From positions 4,962,001 to 5,026,000 of the forward strand of contig JASTWF010000033.1 of assembly GCA_030390025.1 (NCBI GenBank): DNA of 64,000 nt. Direction: 5' to 3'. Within the stretch, counting starts at the first letter, position 1. Every line of letters begins with the position of its first letter. This DNA comes from Squalus acanthias (lineage: Eukaryota). The notes beneath the pieces are model-generated. The model made no database searches, was not told the origin of the DNA, and was given only the letters and a program-made list of their open reading frames with translations. A program made the translations under genes and the position numbers. Of the stretch, positions 24,660 to 36,700 are shown in pieces.

Positions 24660-27600
24660 AAGAACATAAGAACATAACAAATAGGAGCAGGAGTAGGCCA
24701 ATTGGCCCCTCGAGCCTGCTCCGCCATTCAATAAGATCATGGCTGATCTGATCCTAACCGCCAATCTACTATCACAGAACCATCTCGTGAACCTAACAGA
24801 ATTGGACACACGAAATAGGAGCAGGATCAGGCTACACGGCCTCTGGGCCCGCTACACTACCCACAGGGCCATGACCGATCCGAAACTAGACTCATGTCCA
24901 AATTCCTGCCCGCTCCCCGCAACCCTTAATTCCCTTTACTTCTAGGAAACTGTCTATTTCTGTTTTAAATTTATGTAATGATGTAGCTTCTACAGCTTTT
25001 TGGGGCAGCATATTCCATGGACCTACCACCCTCTGAGTGAAGTAGTTCCTTCTCATCTCAGTTTTGAATGAGCAGACCCTTATTCTAAGATTATGCCACC
25101 TAGTTCTAGTTTCACCCATCATCGGGAACAACCTCCCCGCATCCACCCGATCCAACCCCTTCACAATCTTATATGTTTCAATAAGATCGCCTCTCATTCT
25201 TCTGAACTCCAATGAGTAGAGTCCCAATCTACCCAACCTCTCCTCATATGTCCATCCCCTCATCCCCGGGATTAACCGAGTGAACCTTCTTTGTACTGAC
25301 TCGAGAGCAAGTATGTCTTTTCTTAAGTATGGATACCAAAACTGTATGCAGTATTCCAGGTGCGGTCTCACCAATACCTTGTACAACTGAAGCAATACCT
25401 CCCTATTTTTATATTCTATCCCCTTAGCAATGAAAGCCAACATTCCATTGGCCTTCTTAATCACTTGCTGCACCTGCATACTAACCTTTTGAGTTTCGTG
25501 CACCAGGACCCCCAGATCCCTTTGTACTTCAGTACTTTCCAGTTTCTTGCCATTTAGATAAAAACTTGCTCTACTATTTTTCCTGCCAAAGTGCATAACC
25601 TCACACTTTCCAGTATTGTATTCCATCTGCCAAATCTCTGCCCACTTACTTAGCCTGTCTATGTCCCCTTGCAGATTGTTTATGTCCTCCTCACTCACTA
25701 CTTTCCCTCCCATCGAAGTATCATCTGCAAACTTTGATATGTTACACTCGGTCCCCTCCTCCAAATCGTTAATATAGATTGTAAAGAGTTGGGGACCCAG
25801 CACTGACCCCTGCAGAACACCACTAGTTACTGATTGCCAGTCCGAGAATGAACCTTTTATCCCAACTCTCTGACTTCTGTTAGATAGCCAATCCTCTATC
25901 CATGCCAGAATATTACCCCCAATCGGTGCCGGCTCGAAGGACCGAATGGTCTACTCCTGCACCTATTTTCTATATTTCTATCCAGTCATTTTTTATCTTA
26001 AGCAATAATCTTTTGTGTGGCACCTTGGCAAATGCCTTTTGGAAGTCTAAATACACCACATCCACTAGTTCCCCTTTATCCATCCTGTGTGTTACTTCCT
26101 CAAGAACTCCAGCAAATTTGTCAAACATGACTTCCCCTTCATAAAACCACGCTGACTTTGTCCTATTAAATTATGATTATCCAAATGTCCCGTTACTGTA
26201 TCCTTAATAATGGACTCCAAAATTTTACCTACCACAGATGTTAGGCTAACCGGTCTATAGTTTCCAGCCTTCTGTCTACTGCCCTTTTTAAATAAGGGTG
26301 TTACATCAGCAGTTTTCCAGTCTGCCGGGATCTTTGCTGAGTCCAGGGAGTTTTGGAAAATTATTACCAATGCATCCACAATCCCTACCGTCACTTCCCT
26401 CAAGACCCGAGGATGTAAGCCATCAGGTCCAGGTGATTTATCCGCCTTGAGTCCCATTATTTTACCGAGTACCACTTCCTTAGTGATTTTGATCGTGTTT
26501 AGCTCCTCCCCCCTCCCCTAAAGCCCCCTGTTTGTCCAGTGTTGGGATATAATTAGTGTCCTCTACTGTAAAGAATGATACAAAATATTCATTCAGTGTA
26601 TTTGCCATCTCCATATTTGCCACCATTAATTTCCCGGTGTCATCCTCTAAGGGACCAACATTTACTTTAACCTCCCTTTTTCTTTTTATATAACTATAAA
26701 ATCTCTTGCTATCTGTTTTTATATTTTTTGCTAATTTACTTTCATAATCTATCTTCCCTTTCTTAATCAATCTTTTTGTTATTTTTTTCTGTCTTTTAAA
26801 GTTTTCCCAATCCTCTATCCTCCCACTAGATTTGGCTACATTTTTAGCTCTTGTTTTTAGTTGAATACTATCCTTAATTTCTTTACTTAGCCACGGATGA
26901 CTGTCTTTTCTTTTACACCCTTTTCTTCTCAGTGGAATATATATTTTTTGGAAGTTGTAAAATAACTCCTTAAATGTACACCACATATCATGTGTCGTCT
27001 TACCCTTTAATCTATTTTCCCAATCCACTCTACTCAATTCCGCTCGCATACCTTCATAGTCTCCTTTATTCAAGCTGAGCACGCTTGTTTGAGATCCGAC
27101 CTTCTCACCCTCTAATTGAATATGGAATTCAACAATTTTATGGTCACTCATTCCAAGGGGATCCTTTACTATGGCATTTTTAATTAATCCTGTCTCATTA
27201 CTCAGGACCAGATCTAAGGTTGCTTGCCACCTGGACGGTTCAGTTACATACTGCTCAAGAAACCCATCCCTAATACACTCAATGAACTCATCCTCAAGGC
27301 AGCCCTGCCCAATTTGATTTGTCCAATTAATACGATAGCTAAAATCCCCCATAATTACAGATGTTCCCTTATTACAAGCCTCAACTATTTCCTGATTGAT
27401 ACTCCGTCCAACAGCGTTGCAACTATTCAGAGGCCTATAGACTACGCCCACTAGAGTTTTTTCCCCTTATTATTCCTTATCTCCACCCAAACTGTTTCAT
27501 TATCCTGATCTTTTGACCCAATATAATTTATCTGTATTACAGTGATTCCTTCCTTCATTAACATAGCCACCCCACCTCCCCTTCCTTCCTGCCTGTCCTT

Positions 27601-29300
27601 CCTGATCGTTAAATAACCTGGTATGTTTAATTCGCAGGCATTGTCACCCTGCAGCCATGTTTCTGTAATGGCCACAAGATCATACCCATATGTAGTTATT
27701 TGTGCCATTAACTCGTCTATTTTGTTACGAATGCTACGTGCATTCAGATAGAGAACTTTCAAATATGTTTTGTGACACTTAGTTCCTGCTTTTGCCCTTT
27801 TTATTACTTTACCTTTTACTCCATACATTCTGCCCCTTCCTGACACATTCTGGTTTTTAATTTCCCCACAGCTAGCTAAGTCTATGACCTTCTCTGTTGT
27901 CATTTTTATTATTTGCTCTCTAGGATCCTCCCCCCCACTAGTTAGTTTAAAGCCCTCTCCACAGCCCTAGATATATGATCCGCCAGGACTATAGTCCCAG
28001 CACTGGCAAAGTGAACAACGTCCCAACCGAACAGCTCCCTCCTGCCACAGTACTGGTGCCAGTGTCCCAGGAAGCTAAACCCATTTCTCCCACACCAGTC
28101 TTTGAGCCACTTATTTAAATCTCTAATTGTATTTGTCCCAGCCAAATTCACTCGTGGCTCAGGTAATAATCCAGAGATTTTTACCCTTGAGGTTCTGTTT
28201 TTTTAATTTGACCCCTAGCTGCTCATACTCCTTTAAAAGAACCGGCTTCCTTGTCCTATCTACGTCGTTTGTACCAACATGGACCACGACAACTGGATCC
28301 ACCCCCTCCCACTGCAAGTTTGTTTCCAGCCCAGAGGAGATGTCCTTAACCCTGGCACCGGGCAGGCAACACAGCCTACGGGACTCTCACACTCGGCTGC
28401 AGAGAACTCTATCTATCCCCCTAATAATACTATCCCCTACCACAACAACATTTCTATTTACTCCCCCCTCTTGAATGGCCCCACGTTCCACGGTGCTGTG
28501 GCCAGGTAGCTCACCCTCCCTGCTGTCCCTGCTCCCGTCCCCACAGGGAGAAAGAACCTCGAACCTGTTGGACAAGAGCAAGGGCTGCGGCTCCTCCAAC
28601 ACTAACTCCTGGATCCCCATACCTGCCTCACTCGTAGTCACACCGTCCTGTCCCTGACCATGGGCTACATCTGAATTAATTAACTTCATAGGTGTGACCA
28701 CCTCCTGAAACACAAAGTCCAGGTACTTCTCCCCCTCCCTAATGTGTCGCAGTGTCTGAAGCTCAGACTCCAGCTCATCAACACGGAGCTGGAGTTCCTG
28801 TAGCAGCAGACACTTGTCACAGATGTAATCAATGTGAGCCTCAATGGGGTCTACCGGCTCCCACATCTTGCAACAGTAACACATCACCTGCTCCATTCTA
28901 TGTAATTTATTATTTTTTTTATTCTTAGTTATGGACACTCTCTGCCCGATTATAGCTGCTAGTATCCCCTCTAATTAATTGGATTTAAATTAAATCAGTC
29001 CCTCTAAATTACATCAGTTAAATGGTTTACCAAGAGTCACTCTGCACCAGAAAGGCCTTATTAACTACAACCCAGAGTTAAAGTTTGAAAAGAGCACCCT
29101 TCACCCCACTCACCCGAACTCACACTTACCCAAACTCAGCACTCTCTGCTGACTTGCACTCAGTGCTTGCTCTCACTAGCACTGGTCTTTTTATACTGTT
29201 TGTTTGTTTACAGCCAAATGAGTCACCCCTGCTGATTGATTAGAAAACTGGTTTCCACTGACTGCTGTGCCAATTTAATCCTACTTCAGTGTAACCTTGT
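24660..29300 (-). mobile_element. Near full-length CR1-type LINE with ORF1 (Zn-finger, coiled coil, SGNH esterase) and ORF2 (APE + RT); frameshifted
   Basis: ORF1: CYCCKM..ICDKC, LQLRVDELESEL, VVVGDSIIR; APE: YLNARSIRNK, AITETWL, LDLV, SDH; RT: KSPGPDG, KFADD; tail at about 24660-24890; small + strand tail insertion at about 25922-25982. Confidence 0.95.
29188..29225 (-). promoter_or_regulatory. Candidate CR1 5' promoter elements (TATA box and AP-1 site)
   Basis: TATAAAAA at 29195-29188 (-) and TGAGTCA at 29219-29225, upstream of ORF1. Confidence 0.4.
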
Positions 29301-29457
29301 TTTACTCTTCTTAAACCAACAGAATCCCAAACAGTTAACTTTTCCCCTTCACTTAAACTGCTTAAGTACTCTTATCAAGAATGATTTTATGAGAACTAAC
29401 AATTAAAGAATTACTCACACTTACACAAACTCAGCACTCTCTGCTGACTTGCACTCA

Positions 29458-30968
29458 GTAGATGCGTTGCTGGTCATCTTTCAAAATTCTATAGATTCTG
29501 CAACAGTTCCCATGTATTGGAGCGTAGCTAATGTAACCCCACTATTTAAAAAAGGTGGTAGAGATAAAATGGGGAACTATAGACCGGTAAGACTGACATC
29601 GGTACTGGGCAAAATGCTAGAGTCCATTATAAAAGATATAATAGCAGAGCACTTGGAAAACAGTGACAGGATCGGACAAAGTCAACATGGATTTCCAAAA
29701 GGGAAATCATGCCTGACTAATCTACTGGAATTTTTTGAGGATGTAACTGCCAGAATAGATAAGGGAGAAATAGTGGATGTGGTGTATCTGGACTTTCAGA
29801 AGGCTTTCGATAAGGTCCCGCATAAGAGATTAGCGTGCAAAATTAAATCACATGGGATTGGGGGTAAGGCACTGATTTGGATAGAGAACTGGTTGACAGA
29901 CAGGAAGCAAAGAGTTGGAATAAACGGGTCTTTTGCCGAGTGGCAGGCAGAGACTAGTGGGGTACCACAGGGATCGGTGCTAGGACCCCAGCTATTCACA
30001 ATATATATTAATGATCTATACGAGGGAACTAGATGAAATATTTCTAAGTTTGCAGATGACACAAAGCTGGGTGGGCGTGTGTGCTGTGAGGAGGATGCAG
30101 AGAAACACCAGTATGATTTGGACAGTTTGGGTGATTTTGCAGATGCATGGCAGATGCAGTATAATGTGGATAAATGCGAGGTTATCCACTTTGGTGGCAA
30201 AAACAGGAAGACAGATTATTATCTGAACGGCAATAGATTGGGAAAAGGGGAAGTGCAACGAGACCTGGGTGTCCTTGTGCACCAGTCGCTGAAGGTAAGC
30301 ATGCAGGTGCAGCAGGCGGATAAGAAGGCAAATGGTATGTTAGCCTTCATAGCGAGAGCATTCGAGTACAGGAGCACGGATGTCTTGCTGCAGTTGTACA
30401 AGTTGGTGAGTCACACCTTGAGTATTGTGTGCAGTTTTGGTCGCCTTATCTGAGGAAGGATGTTCTTGCCATGGAGGGAGTGCAGCGAAGATTTACCAGA
30501 CTGATACCTGGGATGGCAGGAATGAAGTATGAAGAGAAATTGTGTCGATTAGGCTTATATTCGCTAGAGTTTCGAAGAATGAGAGGGGATCTCATTGAAA
30601 CTTATAAAATTCTAACAGGACTAGACAGTCTAGATGCAGGAAGGATGTTCCCGATGGCGGGGGAGTCCAGAACGAGGGGTCACAGTCTAAGCATAAGGGG
30701 TAAGCCATTTAGAACCGAGATGAGGAGGTATTTCTTCACCCAGAGAGTGGTGAACATATGGAATTCTCTACCACATAAGGCAGTTGAGGCCAATTCTTCA
30801 AATATATTCAAGAAGGAGATAGATATATTTCTTAAAGCTAAAGGGATCAAGGGATATGGGGAGAAAGCAGGGTCAGGGTACTAAATTTGGATGATCAGCC
30901 ATGATCTCATGAAATGGCAGCGCAGGCTCAATGTCCTACTCCTGCTCCTATCTTCGATGCTTCTATGT
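29458..30968 (+). mobile_element. CR1-type LINE, 5'-truncated
   Basis: RT ORFs 29449-30884 and tail. Confidence 0.93.
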
Positions 30969-31223
30969 AACATAATGAAATTCAGTGCTCATGAACCACA
31001 GATCCTCAGGGCGGTGTTGGGGGAAGGTGATTAATCAGCACCAAAACAATTAAAGTAATTACAATAACTCTACTTAGAGTAAGAATACGTCAATATAGAG
31101 AGGTATTGAATACTGTAACACTGCTGTCCTGCTGTTTACCTGTCAGTAATTAGTTAACATCTGTTTCTATTGGTGCAGTTCAGTAGGAACCAAAGCATTA
31201 TCAATGCATTTCAACTTATATAT

Positions 31224-32835
31224 GAACAAAAGAACATCAGAAATAGGAGCAGGAGTAGCCCATTCGGCCCCTCGAACCAGCTCCGCCATTCAATAAAATC
31301 ATGGCTGATCATCGACCTCAATAGCCGTTTCCAGCCACTGGGATAGAAACATAGAAGATAGGAGCAGGAGTAGGCCATTCGGCCCCTCGAGCCTGCTCCA
31401 CCATTCAATGCGATCATGGCTGATCATTCAAATTCAGTACCGTGTCCCTGCTTTCTCCCCATATCCCTTGATCGCCTTAGCCTTAAGAAATATAACTAAC
31501 TCCTTCTTGAATATATTTAATGAATTGGACTCAGCTATCTTCTGTGGTAGAGAATTCCACAGGTTCACCACTCTCTGGGTGAAGAAATTCCTCCTCATCT
31601 CAAACCTAAATGGCTTACCCCTTATCCTTAGATTGTGACCCCTGGTTCTGGACTCCCCCACCATCGGGAACATCCTTCCTGCATCTAGTCTGTCTAGTCC
31701 TGTTAGAATTTTATAAGTTTCAATGAGATCCCCTCTCATTCTTCTAAATTCTAGCGAATACAAGCTCAATCGACCCAATCTCTCTTCATACGTCATTCCT
31801 GCCATCCCAGGTATCAGTCTGGTGAATCTTCGCTGCACTCTCTCCATGGCAAGAACATCCTTCCTTTGATAAGGCGACCAAAACTGCACACAATATTCAA
31901 TGTGTGGTCTCACCGAGGCCCTGTACAACTGCAGCAAGACATGCTTGCTCCTGTACTCGAATCCTCTCGCTATGAAGGCCAACATACCATTTGCCTTCTT
32001 AACCGCCTGCTGCACCTGCATGCTTACCTTCAGCGACTTGTACACAAGGACACCCAGGTCTCGTTGCACTTCGCCTTTTCCCAATCTATTGCCGTTCAGA
32101 TAATAATCTGCCTTCCTGTTTTTGCCACCAAAGTGGATAACCTCGCATTTATCCACATTATACTGCATCTGCCGTGCATCTGCCCAATCACCCAACCTGT
32201 CCAAATCATACTGGAGTTTCACTGCATCCTCCTCACAGCACACAAGCCCTCCCAGTTGTGTGTCATCTTCAAACTTAGAGATATTACATCTAGTTCCCTC
32301 GTCTAGATCATTAACATATATTGTGAATAACTGGGGTTCTAGCACCGATCCCTGCAGTACCCCACTAGTCACTGCCTGCCACTCGGAAAAAGTCCCGTTT
32401 ATATCAACTCTCTGCTTCCTGTCTGCCAATCAGTTTTCTATCCAAGACAGTACCTTACCCCCAATCCCGTGTGCTTTAACTTTGCATGCTAATCTCTTAT
32501 GCGGGACCTTATCGAAAGCCTTCTGAAATTCCAAATACACTACATCCACTGGTTCTCCCTTATCTATTCTACCAGTCACATCCTCAAAAAATTCCAGTAG
32601 ATTAGTCAAGCATGATTTTACTTTTGTAAATCCATGTTGACTTTGTCTGATCCTGTCACTGTTTTCCAAGTGTTCTGCTATTCCATCTTTTATAATGGAC
32701 TCTAGCATTTTCCCCACTACCGATGTCAGTCTTACCGGTCAATAATTCCCCATTTTCTCTCTACCACCTTTTTATAATAGTGGGGCTACATTTGCTACCC
32801 TCCAATCCATGGGAGCTGTTCCAGAGTCTATAGGT
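31224..32835 (-). mobile_element. CR1-type LINE, 5'-truncated, plus an extra tail fragment at about 31224-31320
   Basis: RT ORFs 32717-31434. Confidence 0.93.
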
Positions 32836-33201
32836 GTTCCACTCCGGTTAGTGACCCACACTCAGTAGTTCTAAAGTGAGAGATCCTTCCACCAATACCT
32901 ACTCTCAGAGAGTTCCTTACACTGAGGTCTGATTCAACAGTACACAATATTACACGAAAGTCAATAACTACATAACACAGCGAGCCCGTGAGTTACAAAC
33001 AGAGTTTTACTTTCAGTTGAGGCAATGGAATAAAACCTCAGAAATAATTCAGGACATTTGTCCAAACGAAATGCTATCACTGATCGGGTGTCTGTATAAC
33101 GGTGACCACTGGATCAGGATGTAACATTATCAGTCACATAGCAAAACCAGAGACCAGCTCACACACAGATTTAAACAACTTCAATGGTTATAATCACTTA
33201 C

Positions 33202-33268
33202 CAGGAACACCAATGACGGCAATGATCATGTAGTATATTTTCTCCACACTGTAATAAGTGTCATTCAT
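33202..33268 (-). CDS. GPCR copy 1, exon 1 (MNDTYYSVEKIYYMIIAVIGVP plus 1 nt)
   Basis: AAAATG start; N-D-T glycosylation sequon; first half of TM1; donor G|GTAAGT; phase 1 joins in frame to exon 2, giving IGVP-V-NLVAIVIL. Confidence 0.88.
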
Positions 33269-33332
33269 TTTCTGTGTGAAGCGATGTGTCCCTTCGTGCT
33301 GCAGGCAATCTCTCTGAATTAAACTCTGAGGC

Positions 33333-33360
33333 GGGACATTCCCAGAGCCTTTCATTTATA
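33333..33360 (-). promoter_or_regulatory. GPCR core promoter: TATA box and a kB-like site
   Basis: TATAAAT at 33360-33354 (-), about 90 bp upstream of the ATG; GGGACATTCC at 33333-33342 fits GGGRNWYYCC. Confidence 0.55.
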
Positions 33361-33789
33361 CACTGCGGGATCTCCACGGGGACATTGAGGTTGCAACATC
33401 GCTGAAAATATTATTTAAAAAAACATTTGAACAAACAGATGATGACAGCCGAGTTAATTCCCTGCTGTGATGGAATATATTTATTGCTGAGATTGAAATT
33501 GAAAACCCCAAAGACCGGGGAATTCTGGTCACATGAATTAACTAATGGAAATTGCCAGCTGTATTCTCCCAGCAATGGGGTTGTTGTTTCAAACACCACC
33601 AGGCCCATCTCTAGACCTCATATTGTTTCGATGATGTCCTTCGCTCTGCTGTGGCCATTCAGCAATTAAGTTCCAAAAGTTAGAGTGTCCTCTCAGGGCT
33701 GCTCTGCTCCACTCTGGGATGGAGCTGTACGCCTTAACTGCGGCCATTTAGTTAAACAATGAAAGTGGTGAATTTGTGTCGATGCATCC

Positions 33790-36700
33790 TCCAACTAATA
33801 CAGCTCCTCAAACTAATACAGACCCTCAAACTAAAATACCCCCTACAAACTAATACAGCCCCTCAAACTAATACAGCTCCTCAAACTAATACAGCCCCTC
33901 AAACTAATATACCCCCTACAAACTAATACAGTACCTGAAACTAATACAGCCCCTCAAACTAATACAGACCCACAAACTAATACAGCACCTCAAACTAATA
34001 CAGATACTCAAACTAATACAGACCCTCAAACTAATACAACCCCTCAAACTAATACAGTCCCTCAAACTAATACAGTACCGCAAACTAATACAGTACATAA
34101 AACTAATTCAGTACCTCAAACTGATACAGCACCTGAAACTAATACATCCCCTCAAACTAAAACAACCCCTCAATCTAATACAGCCCCTCAAACTAATACA
34201 ACTCCTCAAACTAATACAGACCCTCAAACTAATACAGTCCCTCAAACTAATACAGCCCCTCAAACTAATACAGCCCATCAAACTAATACAGATCCTCAAT
34301 CTAATACAGTCCCTCAAACTATTACATCCCCTCAAAATAATACAGCCCCTCAAACTAATACAGCCCCTAAAACTAATACAGTACCTCAAACTAATACAGC
34401 CCCTCAAACTAATACAACTCCTCAAACTAATACAGACCCTCAAACTAATACAGATCCTCAATCTAATACAGTCCCTCAAACTATTACATCCCCTCAAAAT
34501 AATACAGCCCCTCAAACTAATACAGCCCCTCAAACTAATACAGTACCTCAAACTAATACAACTCCTCAAACTAATACAGACCCTCAAATTAATACAGATC
34601 CTCAATCTAATACAGTCCCTCAAACTATGACATCCCCTCAAAATAATACAGCCCCTCAAACTAATACAACTCCTCAAACTAATACAGACCCTCAAATTAA
34701 TACAGATCCTCAATCTAATACAGTCCCTCAAACTATGACATCCCCTCAAAATAATACAGCCCCTCAAACTAATACAGCCCCTCAAACCAATACAGTACCT
34801 CAAACTAATACAGCCCCTCAAACTAATACAACTGCTCAAACTAATACAGACCCTCAAACTAATGCAGTCCCTCAAACTAATACAGCCCCTGAAACTAATA
34901 CAGATCCTCAAACTTATACAACTCCTCAAACTAATACAGCAGCTCCAGCTAATACAACTCCTCAAACTAATACAGCCCCTCAAACTAATACAGACCCTCA
35001 AGCTAATACTGCCCCTCAAACTACTACAGCCCCTCAAACTAATACAGACCCCAAAACTAATACAGCCCCTCAAACTAATACAGCCCCTCAAACTAATACA
35101 GCCCCTCAAACTAATAAAGACCCTCAAACTAATAAAGACCCTCAAACAATTACAGCTCCTCAAACTAATACAGACCCACAAACTAATACAGCACCTCAAA
35201 CTAATACAGACCCTCAAACTAATACAGCACCTCAAACTAATACAGCCCCTCAAATTAATACAGTACCTCAAACTAATACAGCTCCTCAAACTAATACAGA
35301 CCCTCAAACTAATACAGCCCCTCAAACTAATACAGCCCCTCAAACTAATACAGACCCTCAAACTAATGCAGCCCCTCAAACTAATACAGATCGTCAAACT
35401 AATAGAAAACCTCAAACTAATACAGCTCCTCAAACTAATACAGACCCTCAAACTAATACAGCCCCTCAAACTAATACAGCCCCTCAAACTAATACAGATC
35501 CTCAAACTAATACAACTCCTCAAACTAATACAGCACCTCAAACTAATACAACTCCTCAAACTAATACAGACCCTCAAACTAATACAGACCTTCAAACTAA
35601 TACTGCCGCTCAAACTAATACAGACCCCCAAACTAATACGGACCCTCAAACTAATACAGCCCCTCAAACTTATACTGCTCCTCAAACTAATACAGCCCCT
35701 CAAACTAATACAGACCCTCAAACAATTACAGCTCCTCAAACTAATACAGACCCTCAAACTAACACAGCACCTCAAACTAATTCAGACCCTCAAACTAATG
35801 CAGCACCTCAAACTAATACAGCCCCTCCAATTAATACAGTACCTCAAACTAATACAGTACCTCAAACTAATACAGCCCCTCAAACTAATACAGCCCCTCA
35901 AACTAATACAGCCCCTCAAACTAATACAGAACCTCAAACTAATACAGCCCCACAAACTAATACAGACCCTCAAACTAATAAACATCCTCAAACTAATGCA
36001 GCCCTTCAAACTAATACAGCCGCTCAAACTAATACAGCCCCTCAAACTAATACAGCTCCGCAAACTAATACAGACCCTGAAACTAATGCACTACCTCAAA
36101 CTAATACAGCTCCTCAAACTAATACAGCCCCTCAAACTAATACAGCCCCTCAAACTAATAGAGCCCCTCAAACTAATACAGACCCTCAACCTAATAGAGC
36201 TCCTCAAACTAATACAGACACTCAAACTAATACAGTACCTCAAACTAATACAGACCCTCAAACTAATACAGACCCTCAAACTAAAACAGTACCTCAAACT
36301 AATACAGCCCCTCAAACTAATACAGACCCTCAAACTAATACAGCCCCTCAAACTAATACAGACGCTCAAACTAATACAGACCATCAAACTAATACAGTAC
36401 CTCAAACTAATACAGCCCCTCAAACTACTACAGCTCCTCAAACTAATACATTAACTCAAACTAATACAGATCCTCAAACTAATACAGACCCTCAAACTAA
36501 TACAGCACCTGAAACTAATACAGCCACTCAAACTAATACAGGTCCTCAAACTAATACAGACCCTCAAACTAAAACAGTACCTCAAACTAATACAGCCCCT
36601 CAAACTAATACAGCTCCTCGAACTAATACAGTACATCAAACTAATACAGCCCCTCAAACTAATACAGCCCCTCAAGCTAATACAGCCCCTCAAACGAATA

